Assembly: GCF_000150275.1 (NCBI RefSeq)
Contig: NW_002060945.1
Coordinates: 755,872 to 819,871, forward strand
Direction of reading: 5' to 3'
Source of the DNA: Trichoplax adhaerens
Lineage: Eukaryota > Animalia > Placozoa
DNA: 64,000 nucleotides
In this document: piece by piece, positions 1 to 22,635 of the stretch
Layout: the number at the start of each line of letters is the position of its first letter
How positions within the stretch are numbered: the first letter of the stretch is position 1
Notes under the pieces: generated by a model
Database searches by the model: none
What the model saw: the letters and a program-made list of their open reading frames with translations, nothing else
Told to the model about the DNA's origin: nothing
Translations under genes and position numbers: made by a program

Positions 1-3000
1 AAGCGTAAATAAAGTGAAAATTTGATAAAATAGAAACCTGTTTAAATGTAACTGAGCTATAGTAAATACTTAATCTTAAGAGTAGATTAATACTTGAACT
101 GGTTGAATTGGGTTGAGCTGGACTTTTCTTAGGAGGCTGTAACATATAACATATATCTATACACCCGACATATGCTTGAAAGTATAATCTCAATTTATGA
201 AATGTCATATGATGATAGCGGCCACATGTTAGCTGTTAGTTTCATGACGCATGATAATGATGGATTAATCCGTCGTACATTTGATATCTTAATGTACATT
301 TTTGGGATTACAAGAATGATAGTCTTTTGATCTAATCAATAAGCGAATATATAGCTATCATAGATATATTAGAATGTTATTCCTTCTCAGATAACTAGCT
401 GAAATTGTGTGAGCCTGTGCAGAGCTAACTTGCCCTAATTGAAAAGGATTACATATGATAGATTATAAAAGGTTTGACGTGCGTTACCAAGGATCTTTGA
501 ACATAGTAATTAACTTAATTTAGAAGACATTTCTTCAATTGTCTTACAATTTGTCTTAAAATATACATAGAAGAATTGTTCTAAAAATTAATTATTTTTT
601 AGAAGCTAAATCTCATAAACTGCAAGGATTTTGTATTATCATTTTATGATGATATACTATAGTCGTTGGACAATATATTCGTATCCCGACTCTTAGAGTT
701 AACATGGATAAAAGACTAAAAGTATGATTATATTCGTTTTAGTGGATAGATAATTTCGGTACGCTATAGAAAATTTTCATACAACTTCTGGTAAAATTAA
801 CTCCATTGCAAACTGAATAGTAACGTTCAAATTAAGCTACATTTATAAATTGTCATATCATTATCATACATCATGAAAGACATCAAGAGTAGTGCTTTTG
901 CAGTTTATTTATAGGCTGCACAATTCTAAATATAGAATCCGAGAAAGCAAAACTCATTGAATCAGCCTTCTATTTTAGAATTATAATAACAGGAACTGAG
1001 ATAACTTCAAAGAATTTTAAAATCCTGAAACCGTCATTAGATATAAAATCACTAAATTCGCAATAAATTGCTTAGAGTAGTAAAAAATTGGCAACTCAGG
1101 CTGCTAGTTTTGTGTTAAATGTCATGAGCTATGATCACCTTGCAAATGCGCGCACAATCATGTGTAATAATTATAAGTATTAATAAGGCTCCTTTTGATG
1201 ACTGCTAAAATTGATTTCTTACTTTCATCAATTTCTATTGTCCTTGACCTTTAAAGTGTTATTAACGATAATGAAGGGCTGTAATATAGCTATTAGCAAC
1301 CATGGCAATATTTTACTCTAGTAATGAAAGTAATGATAATACTTTAATTTACATAATAGTTCTCTCGAAGTTTATTCTCCCGCAAGCTATTATGGCAACG
1401 GAAGTAGAAGTGGAATTTATCGTTCCTGACCCCACAATTGAAAAAGGAATAAGGAATAAAATTATTATGATGCTAATTTAAAACTGTATGATTAAAAGAA
1501 AAAACGTTGACACGTTACTGCCCCTATCAGGAAAATGAAAGAAGAAAACTTACATGATAGCTACGACAATTCAGAAAGAAATCTCTTAATAAATGTAGTA
1601 ACATCTTGCAATAATAATATTTATCAATTGACAGGGTAATGACTTTTATCCTTATGAATGGACGCCCTATAGCAGTAATCACATTCCATTTTTTTTATTT
1701 AAAGATCAATATGTGAAACAGATGATTGATTTCAAACAATAACCATATTAGATTATAGAATTAATATTGCATGGAATTGATTGATATTGGTCGATATTGT
1801 ACACATTCTTCTAAGCTATTGAAAAAAGATATGTCTAGAAAATGCTATAATAAAAGAATAATAGTTAAGAACATGAAGAAAAATAAATTCAGAAATAAAA
1901 AAAAACTAAAGTGACCGTACGCATGTGATAAAATTTTCCCTATACATGTTGGAATCTATCGAAAAATAACAAAAATTAAAAGTTCATGAGTATTAAAAGT
2001 CAATTCTATAGCATTGATCTATTTCTTTTTCTTTTCTGTTACAACCATTGATCGGTTTATTATCAAAAATATGCGAATTAAATTCAAATTGCATCATTAA
2101 TATACGGTGTCAAGCTAATTATTAATTAATATTAGTCGGACATTTGATTTACTGGAGATCATGTTTTACTTTAAAAATATGAAGCTTATCGGTATCTGCA
2201 TGACTAAATGGATGCAAATTGCTATTAGTCTAAAGTCAGGCAAATTAAGGAACGACCTTACCTACTGATGTTAGTTAGTATTTTTTTTTGACGTGATCAG
2301 AAATCAATATTTTTATTGATTACGATAAAAATAGCACAAAGGTATATTCTCAAGTCATCAGGGCAAGGTATATATCTAATGGGTTAATTAGCTAAAGGCA
2401 TGATGAAAAGATCTATTCATCTATATCGATACATCACATTATGAATGCTTTTCCATGAAAAGGATACCTTGTCTTTGATAGACGGAAATTTTAGCTAAAT
2501 ATTTTATTCTACTTTTTCTTCCTTAGTTACCACCGCAAATTATAAATGACATTATAAAGCCAATTTTTGGTGCTATTCAGCATTGCTAAAGTTTCATTGA
2601 TGCTCGGAACTGTTGTCCATAGCAGTAATGTAATCATTATTTAACGCTCGGAAGCTTATCTTAGCCAATTGGATTCTAAATCTAATATAAATTATAGTCT
2701 TGCTATTAAAAAAAAATGGTATAATGATAACGGATGATTACTTACTGTGTATTTTCAAGTCGCTTTCATATTGTGATTTCAAAGGAGATTCCTATTTCTA
2801 CCTCTTTGAAATAAAGCGGGAGTATTTCTACTATGCTTTTATTTTCTTTATTAGCTAATTTTTGGGAACAATTCTAATTATACTGATAATATGAGAGAGT
2901 CATCATCGGTATAGTTCGCCTAGCCGAAAATTCTTTCCTTATGAATAGCATAAAACCCTTTCACAGTTATTTTCATAATCAATCAATGTCATATCATCAT

Positions 3001-6000
3001 TAATGAATCGCAAATTTTAGGCGAATTGGAAGAACAACGGAAGTAGAGGTAATTCGCAAGGAAAAGAAGATGCTGATGAACGTCATCCATGCTATTATTT
3101 TAAATCGTGATATGCTTGTTAATTTATTCTTTGTTATAAAATTTTACAGCGTTCGCAATTGTAGAAAAATTGATTGAAGCTAAATAGAAATAATAAAAAA
3201 ATACGGCCAAAAGCAGCCGAACTAATTTAAGTGATTACGCACTTGATAACAAGGAACACTTTCCTATCTTGAGAAGCAAATACTGTATTTAAAAGCTAAC
3301 GATATGATGGCGTTATGGCTCCTTCCTACCGTTAACACTCACTTAACCAAACTATCATAACGATCAGCTAAGCAGGTAAATTCCATCTCACTTGATCTAT
3401 TTTTGATAGTCTACTGTATGCTACAATAACTCTTTTTAGCCGTTAAAATGATGGTTTTTAAAGGTTATTTTCGATATTATCTTTTTATTTCTCGTCCTTT
3501 TTTAATACGTTCTCATTAAGTGTATATCCATGGTGAAAATGATGGTGAAATAATCCATTCTACAGTAATGCATCATTCTACTAGAATAACAACGTCCTAT
3601 GTAGATAATTGAATGAACCAATCAATTGGTAGAATAACTATCGGTGACATTAAAGATCTATCTCCGCGGAAATATGTTTTTATCATTTTCCAGGATTGAA
3701 AGAAGTACTGTTCACAAGAATCAGTTGAGCCTTCAACAATAATAAGTAAAGAAATATGTATTTCTTTTCATGAGTATTATTTGGGATAACAATTGAGTAC
3801 AATCCAATATTTTAGTGGTGTGTTGCCCGTATCGAGAACAAATTGAGTTAAACCTAAAACTTGGTTGATAGATTTCTACTTTATAGCGCAAGTAGAAAGG
3901 ATTATTATCTCGCTTGTAGACAATAAAGTCTACTCTTACGAAGGGAAATCTCTCATTATCGTTGTCGCATTTGATTATTAATTAATTAAATGTGAGACTC
4001 ACTTTGTATTTATTTATAAACCCAATCGTCATCGGTTTTATAAGAAGTATGCTTTGTAATAGATACACTCAGAAGCTACTAAATGAAGGCTAGCAAACAA
4101 AGAAAATTCGATCACTGATTTAAGCTTGAACATTCCTGATAATATTCTATTAATTAATTACAATTAAGATATCAGAAGTGTAGAAGATAGCTGAGTGACC
4201 ATTTTGTCAGTATTTATCGATACTTTCTCTTTTCAGCCTACCTTGCATAGAATCTTAGCAAGAGCAGAATGCAATGAAGTACTCGTATGTAATTATGATT
4301 TCCAAATGGCACTTTCAAATTAACATTGTATAGGGTTCTCCAAGTCAATCCTCCAATCTTGACTATTTACCCACACACTGGAAAATCATTTCGTATTCTC
4401 CTTAATTAATATTTACTTCAGCGTAGAAGTGACTCAATACTTATTGCTAAGTTTATCCATTGCTGAGTACATAGATTGAATGATCTCATTGAAATCGTTG
4501 AATACTTCGTAATGAAAACTGGATAGAATGTATAGTCTGCCCGTCTATCTACAATCCATTAACACGTCGAAAGTATACGACACTAGTATACGGCATTTGC
4601 CAAAGGGCACTACGCTGTAGAGTATTAGGCGTAAATTGCTATTTACTGATCGAATTTTACATACACTGGGATCTAGAGATCCTCGAAATTCTAGAAATAC
4701 TCTAGCAAAAGATTCCTGGTTTATCTGCCTCTATCCATTTTATTTTCAAAATTAGGATGATTGATTGCCTGTGTAATCAGGCGAATTTTACAGCTGCATG
4801 CCAACAGCAGTAGCAGGACATGCATTGTAACAGTGAGTTCTAAGAAGTCGCTGTTTGCACAAGAATACGCACAAAGCAGACCTCTGGCAAGGTGGCAAGT
4901 TTACTCCGGGTTAAATTTGAAAGCTTGTAAATTTGCCACGTTGAATTGATAAATTATAATATAATTATACAGTAGTATTATTATTATATATGTATATCGT
5001 ATTCACATAATTAATCTATGCGTATAGTGAAAGGAGAGGGAAAGGAAGTGCAATAAATGCAGTTCTTGGTTTGACGGTGGTCAGTTTCAGACACCTGGTG
5101 CAACCATTGCCATATTCGACTTTATGGCCTTACAACTCTGGTACAAACGGAGTTATGAATGTTAATATCCTAGAAGTTATTGTTCGCCAAACGTTTGGAT
5201 AAACAAGCAATTTATCCAGTCATAAAAATAAAGTTCAAGTATTTGCAGTTGCCATAACAATATTGACTTGTTTTCACCGCCGGTATTGCATTGTACAGTA
5301 CTAAGGTAACAGCACTTGGCGGCGAACAAACTGAACACAGCTGATAGGGGTAGTAGCCAGTGGACGCCGAAACGTTTTATCGGTTCTTGTCCAACTTTGA
5401 AATTAGTACTACGCCAAGCCATGTATTAGTCTGACTTCGTCTGGAGTAAAATAGCGGCTGATCGACTAAATTAAGTTGATTTATTTTATGTTGTTAATAT
5501 ATTATATTCATTAATTAATTATAGTACTGTACTGTATATTATGCCTGGGACTTCCCTAGGTGATTCAGTTAGGAAGGAATCTCTCTATTGGCGTACACTT
5601 TTTTATGCAGGAGCAAACAGAACCATGTACACATGCGTAGAGGACGGCCTTTTGTAAAGGAAATAGTTAATAAATATCCGACTCATCTTACAGCCACCTC
5701 ATGAATATACGGACTCGATTTGTTTAGATAAATAAAGTAAATAAATAAGTAAATAAATCAATAACAGCTACCAATGCCCGTGCTGGAGCTAGCATTTTGC
5801 TGTTGCTGTTCTTGATAGAAAGTTAACCTAGCAAGTACTCCAGTGCTGTATTTATAAAGTACGAGTGAGTACTGCAATTAAGTCTACAGTACAGTAAGCA
5901 TGGAATGATATCGGTCGGACCTGTAAAACTCTGTTCTCGAGGTCGTTCGTATACAGTAATGCGGACATTGGTACAGTAGAGAACAACGCTGGACTGCAAC

Positions 6001-6284
6001 TGTAGCAGTAAAAGAGTGAAATACGCCAGGCGGAATAATATTCACATCTTTTCTTCTGGCGTTTTTTGCGTCCATTTTCTATTTTATTTCATTTCAATTC
6101 ATTTTACATAAAAAGCTAAAGCTATCATTCCTTTTCGGCAACAATTAATGCTCTAACTAGCTGCAGGACTGTAGCCTCAATTGAATGGAATTGAAATCCA
6201 ATTTTATTTTATATTATTACGAGTATTTTTTTATTCTTTATTGATTTTAGTTTCGTTATTTTTTATTTCATTTTATCGCAGGAC

Positions 6285-8050
6285 TTGACTGTACAGTACT
6301 GTACTACGGCTGGCCACCATAGCGTCCATGTTGTAACATAAAAGGTCCACGGCCAGTGCGACTATCAGTGAGAATGAGCGAGGTTGTGAATCTTTCACGC
6401 TTAGCAATCTTGACTTTGATTATAAAACACTAAGTGGACTACAAAAATTACAGGAGCATTTTTACTGTAGTACAGTACAGTACAGTAGTCCATGGCCATG
6501 TACAGTACTGTACTGTACTGTACACTTGTACAGTACTCTCTACTCAGTACTGTACTGTACTGTACACAGTGACAGACTGACAGTGGCTAGAGTTCAAACG
6601 TAGGGTATGTACTGTACTGCACTGTACTGTAGAATGCTTTTGATTGATCCAAGTCACAGGAGTGTGGAGGTTTTTGACCCTTTTTACCACTGCAAAGGCC
6701 TTCAAACGTACAGTACTGTATACTGTGATACTATAATACAGTTAACACAGTAGGTACAACTCCGAAGGTTGACCCTGCTACAGTACTGTACGTTCATTGT
6801 TGAGTTGCTGACTGTACTGTATACTGTACAGTACAGTGGTACACCAATAAATACTGTACTGTACAGTACTTGTGCAAAAAACAAAAGATGGACGCCATCG
6901 TCGACTCTTACTGTACAGTACTGTATTGTACTGTAGGTATTGGGGACATTGTACAATGTACAGTACAGTACTGTACAGTACTGTACATAGTCACTCAAGG
7001 TCGCTGAAAGTGAAGTAAAAGGAAAAAAGATTTTCTTTTACCTGTACTGTACTGTACAGTACACTGTGTACAGTGACAGTTGATATATGCATTGTACTGT
7101 ATATCATTGGTAAAGTACTGTACAGTACTGTACAGTACAATAATTTTACTGTCCTCCCAAATTGCAGTACTAGTACGGACCAAAAGTGACTTTGCATTAA
7201 TTAAACTGTTTCAGTGAAGTGTACAGACCGTGCACTGTACTGTACACTGTAAGTACAGTACAGTACAGTACTGTATAATTACACAAAATGACAAGACCAT
7301 CATGCCGGATGTAGCTTTAGCCTTTTAGGAGTTATTGAACCCATTTTTCACTCAGGTTAACTGGAAAAGATCCGTCATGCATACAGTAGATTGAGTAATG
7401 AGTACGCGGCGAATAACTGCCATTGACTGTACTGTAGAGTGTAGAGTGTACAGTCAACGCTTGGACCTGGTACATTTCCCATTGGATAGCGTATTGAGAG
7501 CACACAAAAGAGAGACCACGCACCAGACCGCTTGGAGTAGTACAATGCTGTGCTGACTGACTGTGTACCTCGATTTAGGGACTTTGCCGCCGGCATAGCC
7601 GACAAGAATAGCCTACCAGGGACACCATTCATGCTTGTCATTATTGCAGTGTATTATGGAGTAGAGTGTAGTGTATGCAGTACGTACAATACTATTATCT
7701 TGGTAACACAATTGGTAGTGGACGGTGACGCGTCGTGCCGACATGCGTAGTACTGTACAATCACGCATAGCGTAGATGGCGTAGAGTGTACAGTAGATAG
7801 TTGGCTGGTGGGACTGGACTGTGTCATGGACGAGTGGAAATGATATCGCCCAATAGAGTAGAGTAGAGTCGAGTATCAAGGGTCTAGTGGAGGTGTACTG
7901 TACAGTACAGTACGTGTACTGTACTGGACACCACGCTTTTACTGTGCACTGTACGGTAGAGTACTAAGCGCAAACGTGCTTTGCCTGATGGATGATTGAA
8001 TTTTTGCGGGTGATACTGGCTGTCTACGTACGTAAGTACGTACGCCGTTG
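6285..8050. repeat. Dense degenerate pentamer array (TACAG/CTGTA)n in both orientations, with palindromic junctions (TACTGTACAGTA, CAGTACTG)
   Basis: Many GTACTGTAC/GTACAGTAC runs visible, e.g. 6466-6565, 6707-6990, 7043-7275 and 7895-7950, with scattered copies at 5290, 5522 and 5884. It produces the spurious YSTVQY/TVLYC ORFs in the track. Confidence 0.9.
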
Positions 8051-9710
8051 GTAGTTGAAACCCCCCTTCAACTGTGTTGTTACTCGTCACAGCCATCATC
8101 TTGACATTCGCCTATCTTTCTTGTCGAGATTAATTGATACTCTCTATAGTAAGGATCGAAAAGGAATTGAAGAGTATTGGCTTAGCTTTATTGCCTTTTT
8201 CTTTGCCATTTTCTTACAGACATTGGAAAGGTGATCAAGGAGGCACTGTGTATCGACAATATCATCACCATACAACTTGTCGGCGCTGCCACGATATTAT
8301 TCACTCAAAGGTGACGCTTTGTTTAACCCTGGCTGTAAGAGGTAAGCCAAAAGCACAGATAAAAACTTCAACTCAATGATGCTCGTCTATGTCAGTGAAA
8401 AAGTAAAGTTAAAAAAGCAATTTTCTTATCCAATCATTGGATAAATCGTTGAAATGCTATCTTGACCATAGAAAAGAGTGGTTACCGTATTCTTTCAGCT
8501 ATTGCAATGACTATCGACTGTTAGCCAAGCTGCTAGTTGATTGTTCATAACGCTCAGTTGGTTTTGGTCGATTAGTTCCTTCAAATCTTTGTTTTTTGAT
8601 GCACCCACTCCATCATGGTGTATCAACATTCGGAAAGGCTTGAACCAGGTTGATTCTTTTTCATGGCGTCGATACTGTCGTTGCAATTGATTTTGGACAC
8701 AGTAGAATGCTTATCGATCAATACCACCGATCGCTACGGGCCTTGTTTTCCATTCTTTTTGCATTGCTCTCCATGTTAACTACAGTAATCGACTGGAACA
8801 GACAATAGCAGTTGGTGGTACTGTATGGACTCGGCGACACAATCATGTTTGGAACTTGTGGCGTTGTCCATCTCTCTCATATTTGCCACCCTTTACGCAG
8901 CACAATCGTTGTCTCACTACTCCAAATCATTTTTTTTCTTTCACTTTTTACAATCACCTTGATATTATCATTCGATCACAATCTAAGCTAGGTGTTGTTC
9001 TGTTGAAAATTAGCTCTTTTTCTTACAACCATTGTTAGTATACTGTCAGTCGGTTCACATACTGAGGGTAAATCTGCAATTCAACTTCAACTTTTACAAA
9101 ATTGAACTTTCATCATTTACACACAAATCAACTTACTTTGACAGCACTTTTCTATCTATGTATTAGTACAACATCATCTTACCCCATTACATGGCTAAAC
9201 ATCAAGCGCTCATCATTTTTAGTCTACACTTTTTTACTCCCCAAGCCGTCGTATGAATGGATGGATACTGGCGTATTTTGTAAAATTGCCAAGTTATCCT
9301 CATTAGTACAAAAGTCAAGTTTGACCTCGTTCAAGATTCATACTGAAATGAAAGATAAAATACGTCGATGATTTTGATAACAGCTGCATTACTTTGATAC
9401 CACTACAAATCCAAAAGTCGACATCAAAATTTCTTTCCAATCACGTAGTAAAATGAGGCAACAACATAATTTCAAGCACGTGTAACGTCTGTTCACTTTT
9501 CCTTCTATCATGCTCGTTACTCAGTACAACTCGGAAATTATCAGCATTATTATGTCGAATTTTCTTGAAACATGTAGCGATAATTATAAGCGTAAAACAA
9601 GCTCACTATCATACAATGTTGTTCTATTGGGTAATCAATGTACAAGAGTGAATGTTGTATTGCTTTTTCTAAAGCTTGATGTTAACAAGCTCATTTTCCC
9701 TTTCTGTCAG
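7300..9710 (+). promoter_or_regulatory. Probable Groucho promoter, non-coding first exon and 5'UTR intron
   Basis: GC/CpG-richer block at 7300-8100. Consensus donor AG|GTAAGC at 8341/8342 and a pyrimidine-rich acceptor TTTTCCCTTTCTGTCAG ending at 9710, 52 nt before the ATG at 9763. The TSS position is inferred, not observed. Confidence 0.45.
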
Positions 9711-9762
9711 CGTAGATTTTTACATTTTACTGGCTATTTGCGCTCTTGTGTAAGAGAAGAAG

Positions 9763-20582
<10,820 letters not shown>

Positions 20583-21367
20583 AGGAGTTGATATTTTAAA
20601 ATTTATTTACCTACTGTAATTTAATCACTATTTGTGGAATAATGCTACTAAGCGGATATGATAAAAATTGGCTTCATGGCATATAGCCCATATTTCCTTG
20701 CTAATACTGCACTTCGTACCATTTGTGAATATTTTATGACCACAATATAGCAACAAAGGTATGAATAAATTGAACAAATCCAGTAGTCTATCAAAGAGAT
20801 ATCAAGTGATATACTTACTGGCAATAGTATTAGCAAAAGGTTGTAGTTGTGATTGTTTTTTCGAAATAATAATGTCGCAAGTTCTTTGCACTGGTTATAG
20901 TAATGCAACTACGATGACTTTGTAGAATAATGGATGATATTAAGTAGTCTTCTTGACTGCATGATACATGTTAGCATTATTAACTTTCATATTTTAGCTG
21001 ATGTGGGATCCACTTTCAACTAATCGTATCTGATTAACTGAACGTATCCTATCTGCTACCAGTACGGCAATACTTTAATTAAATATTAGTTTGATGTATA
21101 CTTTACAAAAGTGGAATGTTATATCTAGTACTAAGTTATCGTCTTGCATTAACGAACGCTATGTAGCAGTACGTAATGTCCTTAAAAAATTCTTTTATAC
21201 CGTCGTTATCCATTTGGCAATTTGATATTGACCACTTGCGTATTGTATATAAAGTAAACCTACAATGTGTTACTCTTAACGTGTCTTGTTATGATGCTAC
21301 GTACACTATTATATTGTATTTCGAGAATGGAATTAAGCGAGAACGACTAAGACCCATTCTGTAAAAA

Positions 21368-21373
21368 AATAAA
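21368..21373 (+). terminator. Candidate polyadenylation signal (AATAAA) for Groucho
   Basis: AATAAA about 790 nt after the stop codon, followed by an (AAT)n tract at ~21397-21416. The motif is common in AT-rich DNA. Confidence 0.35.
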
Positions 21374-22635
21374 AGTATTGTATTAATAACAATATTAATA
21401 ATAATAATAATAATAAGATATCACCCGCATTAATTCTTGTAAAGCATGTAGGCTGACATGTGATTTTTCTGTTAATAAGTTACGGTCGTGAAAGCTAAGT
21501 TTGCAAACTACACTACTTGCGATTTATATGTTACTTACTAGATAGTGTATGTCTTACGGGCAATGTAAAAAAGTATATGTTACTGTACTATACAAATTCA
21601 AGCTCCTGCCCATATTACATGGTCAATCAGTGCAGAACGCTAAGAAAACTGCCTCCTATTCGATGATTTACCTTTACAGTTTACTGTAACATAATAATAA
21701 AAGTATTTAGTACTGTATTTCGTACTTGTCTTCAGGTGCAGTAGATATACGAGTATGAGAAAGAATCTTTAATTTTTTTTTTAAGTACGTCCTGGAGTGA
21801 TATTAGTATCGCATGCATTACACTACTTGATATCCCTTCTCAAATCGTAGCATGAGTAAGAATAAATCAACAAAGTTCAATACCATTTGGTGTCCAATTC
21901 AGGATTGAAACTTACAAAGGAAATTCATCTTCTACTGTACTTGCTCTTGCATTCTAGTGTGTCTAGCATCATAAACTAAAATACTTCGTATATTATTTAA
22001 CCGAATTGAACTAGTCTTGAAAAATGTAATATTTCATCTTATACTTGTAAAAATTTGTAGTTACCGTGTCAATTACTGTACTGCATAATCCTTGGGATTC
22101 TAAAAAGAATAAAATATCATTGCTCTACTTATTAGAGTAACTAAATAAAGAGTAAGAAAAATCGAGCTCGAAAAGTGTGTCTGAGTAGAAATAGAGAGAG
22201 CAACTAGTTTGTTGTTGAGCATTGATACAGCTCCATATCCAAGAAGCTCCTGTGCGCATAATCCACTGTCTACTGTTTCATGGATTACTCAATACATCAT
22301 ACTGTGGGTATTAGTAATTTATCCATGAGTGTTCAATATGATCAGAGTACTATAGAGTCTTATTGAGATATACTGTATAGTACGTACAATGGTATCGTAT
22401 TAGTTGCTACTCTAACGTTCGATACACTTCATTCGGACTATAATACAGTATGAGAGGTAAATTTCGTAATGAGTAACCCTGGTTACAGGCTTAGCAGATA
22501 ATTTTTTATTCATATACTGAGCAGAAATCGAATAACATTGATAGCAATGACTGCCAAAAGTAAGTAAAAGCAAGCAAATAGGGCCATTCTCAGGAGAATT
22601 CGCAATAGTTTACAGTCATTAAGTCATAATTGAAT

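Noticed and set aside
4430-4830. Possible minus-strand mini-gene (MHVLLLLLACSC... and an exon-like FHYEVFNDFNEIIQSMYSAMDKLSNKY-stop)
   Set aside because: Short, no recognisable homology, and the pieces could not be joined into a consistent splice model; compatible with chance.
5547-5556. GGGACTTCCC NF-kB-like site
   Set aside because: A single 10-mer with no supporting context; expected by chance in 64 kb.
6702-8099. Cluster of 60-98 aa ORFs rich in YSTVQY/TVLYC
   Set aside because: These are translations of the TACAG/CTGTA repeat, with no domain or splice support.
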